DNA of 64,000 bases from an uncultured delta proteobacterium (GCA_963724765.1 CAVRVY010000003.1:192001-256000), one strand, 5' to 3'; shown: positions 20,745-31,744, numbered from the stretch's first letter. Program-made: numbers and translations. Notes: generated from the letters alone by a model not told the origin.

Positions 20745-22171
20745 TGATGGGATGGACTGCTCCCCACTTGGACGCCAGCCCAGTGGGCCACGATGGTACG
20801 TTTGACTATCAGCAACCAATGCGAGGAGGGTCAGCGATGAAAGTTACAACGTTAGGAATTGATCTAGCAAAGAACGTGTTCCGGGTGCATGGCTGCGATG
20901 CGAGCGGCAAGGTGGTAGTGAGCAAATCGCTTACGCGGCGACAGCTTCAGGTATTGGTTGCCAACCTACCGCCCTGCTTGGTCGGGATGGAGGCGTGTGC
21001 TACGGCGCGCTACTGGGCGCGAGAAATTCAAAAGCACGGCCACGAGGTGCGGTTGATGGCGCCCCAGTTCGTGCGTCCCTATGTAAAGGCCAACAAGAAC
21101 GACACCCGCGATGCCGAGGCTATCTGCGAAGCGGTGCGGCGGCCGACCATGCGTTTCGTCGCGGTGAAAAGCCCGGCGCAGCAGGACGTGCAGGCGCTGC
21201 ATCGGGTTCGTCAACAGCTGGTCAAGGAGTTGACGGCACTGAGCAATCAAGTGCGCGGCCTGCTCGCCGAGTATGGGTTGGCAATTCCGTTGGGTTTCGC
21301 GGCGCTGCGGCGCGCGCTGCCTAGGATTGTCGCAGAGGACGACAACGGGCTCAGCGGTTTGATGCGCGAATTGGTACTCGACCTCAGAGAACGGTTCGAC
21401 CACACGGAGCAGCGGCTGCGCCGCTACAACCAGCAGATCATTCAACTGCTCCACCATGATGAGCGCTGCCAGCGCCTGGCTGAAGTGCCGGGGGTAGGTC
21501 CGCTGACCGCCACAGCAGTGGTCGCGGCCGTTGGTAATGCCCGGGACTTCAGAAGTGGGCGCGAGCTGGCTGCCTACCTTGGGTTGGTTCCACGCCACCG
21601 CGCCAGCGGTGGGCCGTACTGTTATGCTCGGCATCAGCAAGCGGGGTGATAGCTATCTGCGAACCCTTTTGGTCAATGGCGCACGTGCCGCAATGCGTAA
21701 CGTCGGGCGCCGCCGGGATCCGCGCAGCGTCTGGGCCAGTCGTCTCAAACTACGTCGGGGGGCCAATGTTGCAACGGTGGCGCTGGCCAACAAGAACGCT
21801 CGCGTGATGTGGGCATTATTGACTCGAGGTGAGAACTACCGCGCCGTACCCCACCCCGCGCGGATTCCGCAACGCGGCTGACGCGCGGAGAAAATCAGAA
21901 CCAGGAAGTTAACCTACCAAGAGTTGCGCAAGCTGTGAACGAAACGGTGATGGCGAACCGGTCGGACCGGCACTTTCTCAAACCTAGCCGTGACCAAGGC
22001 CTTCGAGGCCGCAAAATTGATAAGGCGAAAGTGCGCGGATTTCCATCAGGGCCCGGGGCAATAGCAACAAAGTGCAGCCCCACTCCAGAGAGGCCGAATA
22101 TATGGTTGCAACCGGATCATCGCTCAATCGAATCGCATCCACAGCTTCGCACCGGGGGAGCGGTCCATATA
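20745..22171 (+). mobile_element. IS110 family, IS1111 group element (transposase 20837-21881, one frameshift near 21612)
   Basis: GIDLAK, MEAC, KND.RDA, SGG motifs; subterminal IRs ATGGACTGCTCCCC / GGGGAGCGGTCCAT, 7 and 3 nt from the ends; long 3' non-coding region. Confidence 0.93.
21900..22150 (+). ncRNA. bridge/seek RNA of the IS1111 element (boundaries approximate)
   Basis: Stem GCACTTTC/GAAAGTGC encloses CGTGACCAA and CAAAATTG (target guides); CCATCA and ATATATG match the circle junction. Confidence 0.8.
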
Positions 22172-23270
22172 TGGTCACGATGAACCCCACGCGGGGGAAC
22201 AATTCCCCGCAATGGAATTCGACCTTCGCCACCACCCGCCGGGTCATCGTCCAACTCGCCGCCTGGTAAAGAAAACTCTTGTACCGCACCACCGGCTTGT
22301 AGCTTGGCCGTCCCGCTGGCCGGGTCAACAACTCCGTAATGTTCCGCTGCAGATGGTCGTTGGCAGGAATACGAATGGCATACTTCACCGTCCGTTCTTC
22401 CAGCGCCTCGTAGAGCTCCGGCTTGGCAAAGGCGGCGTCGCCACGGAAGGTCACCTCTTTGCCCTGCGCCTGCTGCCGATCGATCTCGGGTAGCAGCAGT
22501 TCCTCCCAACCCTCGGCGCTGTGGACGTTGCCGGGGCGCAGCTTCGCCGCTAGGCAGTCGCCTTCGCGATTGAACAGCAGCAAGGGATGATAACAGGTGG
22601 ACTCGAAGTGGCCGTTGTACGCACTGTGCTCCTGCCGACCATGGACCGGGATTTCCGTGCTGTCCATATCAAGCACTACCCGCCGCGGTGAAGCGATGGC
22701 CTCTGCCTTGGCGAGCAACTCCCGGTTGAGCGCGGCCAGCCCGGCAAGGTTTTCTCCTTGCGTCAGCACTTGGGTCTCGAATGATTGCAAGCGCGAGGTC
22801 AAGGCCGCGCCCCGCTCCCAGATCTTCCGCGAGCCGATGAGCCGGAAGGTCGGATCCTGGGACAGCCGCTCGGCGTCGTTGACATCCTCATACCCCGCCA
22901 AGCGGCTATAGATCGACTGCCGCAGCAGGTCCGCCAAAGGCAATTGGATATTCTTGCCGCGGCGGAAATCGCTCAAGTGCCGGTCCACGAGTGCGCTCAA
23001 GCCGAGATGTTCGTCCAGCTCGCGCACCAGAACTAATCCACCATCCGAGGTCACCCGTGAACCTTGGAAGTCCACCCTCAAGGAGCCGTTGAACGAGAGC
23101 TGAAAGGGCCGTCGTTGCGTCTCACCCACTGCCTCGCCACCTCCACACCACCCCGATCGCATCCAAACCCACGTCCATCAGCGCGTTTGTCGCATTTTAT
23201 CAAATTGCTAGCTCACTGAGAAAATGGGAATGTGGGTTAAAAAAAGAGGAACCCTCCTGGCCGCGTTCCT

Positions 23271-24146
23271 CTATTTGCATCCAATCGTACACGTAGACGG
23301 GGGAGGGTGAGACACCATAACGATTTCTGGCGCTAGTATAAAATTCAAAGTACCGTCCGCCCCTACGCTGATATCATACAGAATATACCAAGCTTTTTGG
23401 CTCGGTGGACAATCCGTGTAGTATCTCTGAATATCAAGTTGCTGAATGCCTGCGCTGATTCGAAGTCTCCCACCGCATCCTCCATAAGGGCCATTGTCCA
23501 CATCGAAGTAGACCGCGGCCGTACTGCCAGGCACCAGCTTGTAGGTTACATCGACCCATCCTGAATCCTCACCAAACTTTAAGGCGGGAAATAGAGCCAC
23601 GCCGTTTAATTTTACATTGGCATAGTCGTCGATATCGGACGCTCGCACCAGGAGTCTTACTCGTCTTCCTAGTAGACCTTTTGCAATTTCGGATTCCGGT
23701 AGCGCTTCGGAACTCGCGATTGCCTCTAGTTGAGGTCGCCCCGAAACTTTCATGCGCTCAAGAACACGGAGTGCTGATTGTCCTACGACGTTAGGACCGT
23801 AATTGTTAGGATAGGCAAAGCGGAGCGCAATTGGTACCGCATAACTAGGCTCCAGCGCAATATCCAGATCATCGATCAGGTTGGCTCGATCATGTTCAGT
23901 AGTTGTTGAAATGATTTTGTTGAGATACGCGGCACTCAGTTGACGTTCGGACACGCTAAGTTGCGCCTTAGCAACGCTGTCGGCGGCCGCCATCTGAGCT
24001 TTCGTTATTTTCCGCTGGGCGCGATTGATCAGCACAGTGACTAGAACTCCTAACGCCGCGATGAGCACGCCGGAGGTCAGTTGTCCGATAACACCGAGCT
24101 TATCCCAAGTATCCTTGGGCTCTCTATTCTTGGCGGAAATGTACAT
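23271..24146 (-). CDS. hypothetical protein with N-terminal TM, coiled coil and beta-rich C-terminal domain
   Basis: 291-aa ORF; WDKLGVIGQLTSGVLIAALGVLVTVLI TM segment. Confidence 0.65.
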   Translation of the reverse strand: MYISAKNREPKDTWDKLGVIGQLTSGVLIAALGVLVTVLINRAQRKITKAQMAAADSVAKAQLSVSERQLSAAYLNKIISTTTEHDRANLIDDLDIALEPSYAVPIALRFAYPNNYGPNVVGQSALRVLERMKVSGRPQLEAIASSEALPESEIAKGLLGRRVRLLVRASDIDDYANVKLNGVALFPALKFGEDSGWVDVTYKLVPGSTAAVYFDVDNGPYGGCGGRLRISAGIQQLDIQRYYTDCPPSQKAWYILYDISVGADGTLNFILAPEIVMVSHPPPSTCTIGCK

Positions 24147-24715
24147 TTCGAACGTTCGTTAGAATCTCACCAACAACAGTTCGTCTGCAAACGCAAAGAT
24201 CGAGCCCAGTTTTGATTCAAAGGCGTCTTCCAAGCAGCACGAATCGTTTCTTTCCCGCGTGGACCTCCAAACGGTTGAAAACAATATGGTTCCGTCAAAT
24301 GTTGCAAGCTGTCCTCCCCTGGAAAGTCCCGTTATGCAGCGGTGGGAAGGGAGGTGATGGTCTTACTTGTGGTTTCTCAAAAACCTAATCCGCGATGGTT
24401 TCGATGATAGCCTACCGTGCGTTGGCGATGCCGACAAGCGAATCATTCCTGGTGACCCGAAGCGGCGGGACCCCAACTCGCACCACGCTCCTGTTGGACG
24501 ATCGCGTGGCTTCTCAAAACCCGGTCCACGCAAAAAGCGACATCCTGATTCGCGCATGAGCGGGGTCTTGGTGAGGCCCGAGACTCCAGACGGCGGACTT
24601 CGCACCGCAACGGCGATCGGCAGACGATTGTTACGCGCTTGCTGGAGACCTGTCGCTACCGAAAACCTCGTCCGGGGTGACGGAGTGCAACAGCTGTTGT
24701 GCTTAGTCAAAACCT

Positions 24716-25616
24716 TGTATCTGCAAATCGGCGTATGAAGGTAGTAGCGGGCGCGGCAGACCGTTAAAACCTGGGTCGGCAGAGACCGTGGTTTAGCCAG
24801 GATCGTCGCGTCCGCTAAATCAAGCGTCCACAGCTCGAACAGTTGACGGGGCCGCGCGCAAGGCACGAGCCCGCATGTACAAGGACGGGTTAGGACGCGG
24901 AGTGAGGAGCAGCGGGGTGATGGGCGAAGAGGTGTATGTTGGGATCGATGTAAGCAAGACCGAGCTAGTGGTGGCGGTGCGCCCCAGCGGACAGAGCTTC
25001 ACGCTGGCCTACGATCGGGTGGGGCTGAAGCACTTGGTGGGTCGTTTGGGCAAACTGCAGCCCAAGCTGGTGGTGGTGGAAGCGACTGGCGGATTGCAAC
25101 GGCAGGTGGCGGCGGCGCTGTGGACCGCGGGGGTCGCGGTGGCAGCCGTCAATCCGAGCTGGGTACGGAGCTACGCGCGGGGTAGCGGACTATTGGCGAA
25201 GACCGACCGCATCGATGCCAAGCTACTCGCACTGTTTGCGCAACGCGAGCAACCCGCGCCGCGGCCGCCGCTGGATGCGGAGACCCAGGCGCTGCAGGAA
25301 TTGGCCACCCGGCGCGACCAATTGCTCGAGATGCGCGTGGCGGAGCAACAGCGGCTGCAGCGCGCAGGTCCGTAAAGAGTTGCGCCACCATATCGCTTAC
25401 CTAGAGGGCCGGATCACAGAGATCGACGATGACATCGATAAGTCCGTGCGGCGCTCCGCGGCCTGGCGGCGCAAGAGCGAGGTGCTCCGCAGCTTTCCGG
25501 GCGTGGGCAAGGTGTTCTGCGCCACGGTGCTGTCCAAGTTGCCGGAACTGGGCACGCTCAGCGGTAAAGCCGCCGCAGCCCTGGTCGGAATCGCTCCGTT
25601 CCCCGATGATAGCGGC
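24716..25616 (+). mobile_element. IS110-group element, truncated (5' non-coding region plus transposase from ATG 24920, frameshifted)
   Basis: YVGIDVSK, VEATG, AKTDRIDA, PGVG, PELG, PFPDDSG; begins CT-TGTAT directly after an IS481-like terminal repeat. Confidence 0.9.
24740..24900 (+). ncRNA. bridge RNA of the IS110 element (second copy on the minus strand, about 25983-26143)
   Basis: Stem TAGCGGGCGCGGC/GTCGCGTCCGCTA encloses TTAAAACCT and GGTTTAG; TACAAG is complementary to the element end CTTGTA. Confidence 0.78.
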
Positions 25617-26241
25617 GGCCGCGGCGCGGGTTGCTCGCGTTGCGCAAACAGTGCGAGTAGCTTGGCATCGATGCGGTCGGTCTTCGCCAATAGTCCGCTA
25701 CCCCGCGCGTAGCTCCGTACCCAGCTCGGATTGACGGCTGCCACCGCGACCCCCGCGGTCCACAGCGCCGCCGCCACCTGCCGTTGCAATCCGCCAGTCG
25801 CTTCCACCACCACCAGCTTGGGCTGCAGTTTGCCCAAACGACCCACCAAGTGCTTCAGCCCCACCCGATCGTAGGCCAGCGTGAAGCTCTGTCCGCTGGG
25901 GCGCACCGCCACCACTAGCTCGGTCTTGCTTACATCGATCCCAACATACACCTCTTCGCCCATCACCCCGCTGCTCCTCACTCCGCGTCCTAACCCGTCC
26001 TTGTACATGCGGGCTCGTGCCTTGCGCGCGGCCCCGTCAACTGTTCGAGCTGTGGACGCTTGATTTAGCGGACGCGACGATCCTGGCTAAACCACGGTCT
26101 CTGCCGACCCAGGTTTTAACGGTCTGCCGCGCCCGCTACTACCTTCATACGCCGATTTGCAGATACAAGGTTTTGACTAAGCACAGGGTATTTGACGTTG
26201 TGCTGATCCGCGATGTACATGTGAACAAAAGGAGACCATCG

Positions 26242-26811
26242 ATGGATCGCATTAGCAAAGTTCCGTTGGAGCTTCTTGATCCGGAAATGAAGGCAATAAT
26301 GCGCGCGAGCGACGAAGCGCTCGGCGGTTCGGAGTGGATTCAATACTACGCGCACACGCCTGATCTGTTTAAGCAATTCGTGAAATTCTACTACGCTCAC
26401 ATCATGAACGATGACGCGGGGATCAGCGTCAAGCTCACCGAACTGATTCGGCATAAAGTAAATCAATACAATCAGTGCCAGCTTTGAATGCGGGCGGTTT
26501 ATGCCTCGGCGAGGCAGCAGGGACTTACGGACGAGATGCTCGCGGCACTTCCATCGTTCGAGCAGAGCGCACTGTTCAGCCCACGGGAGAAGGCGGCGCT
26601 CAAGTTCGCTGAAGTGCTGACGAGCGAGCATCGGAAGACTTCCGACGAATTGTTTATCCGCCTGCGGGAGCATTTTTCAGAAAGTGAAATTCTTCAACTC
26701 GGTTGGAGAATAGCAATGTTTATCGGATATGGACGGCTGTCCTTTGCCTTAGGCCTGCAAGATGTAGGCAAGCTATGCTTCGTACCCGAAAAACACTCTG
26801 AGTTAAGGTGA
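26242..26811 (+). CDS. CMD/AhpD-like protein with in-frame UGA, probable selenoprotein (CxxU)
   Basis: AAGGAG RBS; ...NQCQL-TGA-MRAVY... continues in frame into FSPREKAALKFAE...LREHFSESEI; hairpin TGCCTC-GGC-GAGGCA 14 nt after the UGA. Confidence 0.8.
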
Positions 26812-26823
26812 TCAAGGAGCGTT

Positions 26824-28220
26824 ATGAGCGAGCTAGCAATTGCCACCATGTCCGGGTCTTTCGCTGCCGTTCCAGAGTCGGCTGTCAGCGAGTACCGGGC
26901 GGCTCTGCGTGGAGCTGTTCTGTCGGCTGCGGACCCTGGCTATGACGATGCCCGCAAAATCTGGAACGGAATGACAAAAAAGCGGCCGGCGCTCATAGCT
27001 CAATGCCGGGGCACCGCCGACGTCATGACATCGATCAAGTTTGCAAAGGCCCACGGCCTTCTCGTGGCAGTCAAAGGCGGCGGCCATAGCATCGCAGGTC
27101 ATTCGTGTGCGAAGGCGGGCTCATGATCGACCTCTCACGTATGAATAGCGTGCTCGTAGATCGAGGCCGTCGCGTCGCACGCGCAGCCGGTGGAGCCAAA
27201 TGGCTCGACTTTGACCACGAGACTCAGGCGTTCGGACTGGCAACCACCGGAGGGACGAACTCAGACACGGGCATCGGAGGCCTGACACTTGGCGGCGGAA
27301 TCGGTTGGCTCGCGGGTAAATACGGCCTCACCTGCGACAATCTGCTTTCTGCTGACGTTGTAACGGCAGACGGGATGTTGGTTACGGCCAGCGCAACGGA
27401 GAATTCAGACCTCTTCTGGGGCCTCCGCGGCGGCAGCGGCAACTTCGGCTTAGTGACTTCATTCGAATACCAGCTGCACGAAGTGACTATGGTGCTCGCC
27501 GGACTGGTGATCCACCCATTCGAACGCGCCAGGGAGATGCTCAAGTTCTACAGCGAGTTCTCCAGGGCGATACCGGACGAACTCAACACCGTTGCCGTCC
27601 TCTTGACTCTGCCCGACGGGATGAAAGCAGCGGCGATTGCCGTTTGCTACAACGGTGATCTCGGTGAAGGCGAAAAAGTCCTGCAGCCGTTGCGTGACTT
27701 CGGTCCACCGGCAATGGCTCAACTCGGCCCCATGCCTTACACGGCAGTCCAGACCATGCTCGATCCGTCCTTCCCGGTCGGGCGGCAATACTACTGGAAG
27801 GCCCACCTGATGGGTGAGATATCAGAGCAGGCCATAGACGTCATGGTCCAGTTCTACGCCAAGGTCCCTTCACCCTTCAGTGCTCTGGGGTTTCAGCAAC
27901 TCGGCAACGCTGCCAACCGCGTCTCTCCCGACGCGACAGCGTTCAGCCATCGCGACGCCTTGTACGATTTCCTGATGCTCTCGGGATGGGAAGACCCAGC
28001 AAGCGCGGAAGATAACATTGCCTGGACGAGAACGCTGTACGACACGATGCTGCCGCACCTGCACCGCGGCATCTACGTTAACGGCCTAACCGAAGACACG
28101 GCGCAGCCGACAACGGCAGCCTTCCGGCCCGAGACCTATCAGCGTCTGGCCGCACTGAAGGAACGCTACGACCCCACGAACTTCTTCCGGCTCAACCCGA
28201 ACGTCAAGCCGATGGCCTGA
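26824..28220 (+). pseudogene. FAD-binding oxidoreductase (berberine bridge enzyme-like), frameshift near 27105
   Basis: RPALI, VKGGGHS, GIGGLTLGGG, DLFWGLRGGSGNFG, YDPTNFFRLN. Confidence 0.85.
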
Positions 28221-28796
28221 GGATGTTCAGAACTGGGCTGAAAGCAGCGGTATGAACGGCTGGGAAACCGTGAGTGCGCTGTTCTTTCGTTATCAGTTTT
28301 CTGGCGTTCTCTCGCGGAAAGGTCATATGAGATGCGTGAGACGACAAAGTGAAATAGTTCGTAAACCGGTATCATCTGAGCCGCAAAGGCTTCGACGAAC
28401 AACGCCATCCCTCGTCGATGTCTGAATACCCGGCCGAGGCTTCAACTCGCAGGTGCGCCACCCGCGAATATGAAGTTCGTGGGATTCGTTAGAGCAGATA
28501 AGTTGGACGGTCCGGACGGATCGGACGGTAGTTTTATACTTGTTGTTCGCTACATCTTGCCTGACTCTCCAAAATGATCTTCGGCTGGTCCAAACACCAA
28601 GAAATAACCATCCAAAGCATCTGTCGTCGGGCAAGGGTCATCCCGTGAGATGTGTTTGGTTGCGCAGCAGGAAACCGGAAAGCTCAGGAAAGCCTGCGGC
28701 TGGTTTTCTCGAATGCTTCGGGCTGCTGGCGATTGCTATTACACAACTTGATTACGACGCGGCAAGCTCAACGGCTCGCTCTCTTCAGACCCATCA

Positions 28797-29216
28797 TCAT
28801 CTGTTTCCTTCTAGGTTCAAGTTTGAAACTTGCGAGAAGTGTTCACGGTGGTAATCAAGATGGGCCGCGCTAACCTTATGATCTGGGTGCATTCGCAGAC
28901 TTCCGGAAAGTCCGCGTAGAGAGAACTCGGGATCAATCGTAAAGGCTCCGCAATCAAAAAGTACATGATGGTTGGGACAAAGACACAATACGTTATCCGG
29001 CGCATCCGGTCCTTGGTGAGGAGTGCCGAGAGGCCTTATGTGCGCTGCTTCTGCATACGGTCCGACCGGGGTACTAAGAATTACGCCGCATACCTGACAG
29101 GTGTGCCCATATAGTTCCTTCACTGATCGGCCCACTTCTGTAGAACGGATGACTCTAACTATCGTACTGGCTCGCCGCCCGGGTCTCTGCGTACCGCTCG
29201 GTAGGCCCCAATACAC
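28797..29216 (-). pseudogene. HNH endonuclease domain (restriction-type), probably N-terminally truncated
   Basis: CQVC, AEAAHIRPL, DNVLCLCPNHHVLFD. Confidence 0.75.
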
Positions 29217-29609
29217 GCATCAAAGTATCGACGGGTTCAGCTCAACTGCCAGCTGCGGAGCGCTTTCAACTAAGGAACTACCGGTGAGCATCGGGCCTGT
29301 CGCAGATCGCGATCGAGTTGTGTCTGAATGGGGCGTAGATCCTCTCAAGATTCATAACGATTCTTCGTGTGGCCTTTTGCTGTGGCCTTTTGCTGTACGC
29401 ATGTGATTGCCACTACATGTATCAACACCCTATAGTGGCATGAAACTTACCAGAACAGAAGAGAACGAAGACGGCTCGCGAGTCTACCCGAAGCGGATAG
29501 GGCCGTGCCCGTCCCACGGCTCCGCGAGCTGGAAGCTACTACCGCTTCGCGGTTCAACAGACTGGTGACCGCTCGAGCGTTCTTGAAGCGCGGCCGCGGC
29601 TTATGAAGC

Positions 29610-30727
29610 CCACCGGAATACGATTGCCACGCTTGACAAGGCTCTGCAGGACGCGAACGAGGCGATCCGCGTCGTTAAGGAGCAGGCGGCAGCCGGGAAT
29701 CCGTCAGCAATCGCCGCCGATCTCGCGCGGCTCAGGGCTGTAAAGGCGCGGCACACACCCGACATTGCGGCGCGTTGCTGTGACTATCTGACCGAGAAGG
29801 CCGCCAAGTCTCAAACCGAGCAGCAACGGGAGCAGGCGCAAACTACGCTGAACCAGTACCGGACGAACGTGTTCCCCGGCTACCAGACCGATGTCAACCT
29901 CTACCTTCAGCGATTTAATGCCGGCTTCCGGCTGGACAACGTGATTTCCGCGAACACACGGGGCGGCCCGGCTTGCAACTACAATGTGATCATTAACAAC
30001 ACGCCAGTGGCTGTCGCGGGAGGAGGACCATCGCCGGGCGCGCCATCGTTTCGTAATACACTCAGCGCGGGCGATCGCGACACGCTCGCCCTTGCCTTCT
30101 TCTTCGCGTACCTTGGATCAAGATCCCGAACTGGCCAACAAGGTGGTCGTAATCGACGACCCTGTCTCAAGCCTGGATGACCACCGCTCGCTGACGACGG
30201 TACGGGAAATACGGCGCCTCGTCGGCCGGACACGGCGGGTCATCCTGCCTTCTCACAGCAAACCGTTTCTATGTCGCATTTGGGAAAACGCAAACCCCGT
30301 CTCGCGTGTCGCGCTGGAGGTGGCGCGCGATGGTACGGGATCAACCTTGCGCGCCTGGGACGTAAACCGTGACTGTGTCACGGAATACGACCGGCAGCAT
30401 GAAATGCTGCGCGAGTATCTTCGTTCCAATTCCTCGAACCTCCGCGAAGTGGCGCGCGCCATCCGGCCGCTGCTCGAGGCTTTCACGCGCGTGGCGTACC
30501 CGGAGCATTTCCCGCCGGGATCGCTGCTCGGCACTTTCCGGTATTTGTGCGAACAAAGGACAGGCACACCGCAGGAAATACTGAACAGGCGCGACACGGA
30601 GGAACCGCGGGACCTGGTGGAATACGCAAACGAATTTCATCACGAAACCCTGCGTGCGATACAGAGGTCATCAACAACGCGCAGCTCAGGGGCTTCGTGG
30701 AGCGTGCGCTCGCGTTTACGGCCGTGA
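29610..30727 (+). pseudogene. AAA/ABC-type (RloC-like) ATPase C-terminal fragment, frameshifted
   Basis: Coiled coil, TLSAGDRDTLALAFF, VVIDDPVSSLD; no Walker A present. Confidence 0.75.
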
Positions 30728-31287
30728 GAGAGGCAATGAGTAAAGGATGTCTCTCATTTTGTTGGTTTTCCTCTGGATTCGGCGCCGGGGACAGAAGAAC
30801 CATGGGCACTGAGGTTCTGACAATTCGAAATCGGCAGGGCTTTGCTGATGGAGCGGGTATCGCGTGATGCTCAGTGAAGTGGATACTTCTCGAAAATATG
30901 TCGTACCGAAGCTCCTCGCGGCCGGATGGGGCACCGGGGCGTTGCGATGCAGAGAGATTCGGCGAAAACGTCCGAAATTGCCCGGCGCGCTGATTCTCCG
31001 GTGTCCTTAAAATCGCACGAAGCCCTGCACGCCTGTGTTAGGGAGAATTTGTTGCCTGGGACTCGGCTCTGCTTCGGGTCCCTTTCGCTACCCGGCCATA
31101 GATCCCCACAGCGGACAGCGCGTTTGGATGGCAGACGCAAAGCTCAAGAACGTAGCTTTGCGTTCGCCGAGACACTCGCAAAAATTGACCGCCTACCACG
31201 CGGTCGAGCCTGCACGAGGGCATCAAGGAACTGGAAAGTCGTATCGAGATAATGTGGACACGTTGAGCCGTGATTCCTGGAGAGAAC

Positions 31288-31530
31288 TCATGGCCGAAGA
31301 GCTGTCGCGGGATAATAAATTCCCTCCGGCTGCCGCACCCACCACGCGCCTGTGGCTTCTTTTTCTTCACGGCTGGAAAAGCGATAGTCGTAAAGCAAGG
31401 CGCGCACGTAAAGAGGCGGTTTATGAGGAAACGGATTGCTGCCGAGCAGCGCAGTCACCTCCGGCGAATTTTCCAGCAACCGCTGCAAGAACCGCAAAAA
31501 CCAGGGATTTTGCGACGCTGTACGCTCGCG
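31288..31530 (-). pseudogene. lipase maturation factor family C-terminal fragment
   Basis: PWFLRFLQRLLEN...NPFP..PP.YVRALLYDYRF...GAWWVR. Confidence 0.7.
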
Positions 31531-31744
31531 GCGGACCGTGTTTGTTGTTTGCATAGCGCCAGATTATGCCTGAAGACTAAAAGAGGGTCGCGGCGGACCC
31601 TAATCCGGAGGGCAGTCTTTGCTTTCTACTAAACTACACCGGTGCCCAGCAGTCCACTTCCAGTCGTGGAGATACTATCTTCGGATCTGGCTTTTCGGCA
31701 GGGGCTGTTTTGGTTCAGCCTCGCCGTAGAACGTAGCTCAAGAC

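Larger units (their letters stand above)
20137..23236 (-). mobile_element. IS1380-family element, transposase interrupted by an IS1111 element
   Basis: TSDGG, LDMDST, RGDAAF, YNKRGTAEQWIKEGK motifs; ends CCGGAATTTCCTTTT / AAAATGGGAATGTGGG flanked by TTAA on both sides. Confidence 0.92.
24698..26185. repeat. 575-bp inverted repeat (24698-25272 / 25611-26185) with a 338-bp spacer
   Basis: The arms are reverse complements of equal length. The ORF track shows the identical transposase N-terminus on both strands. Confidence 0.95.
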
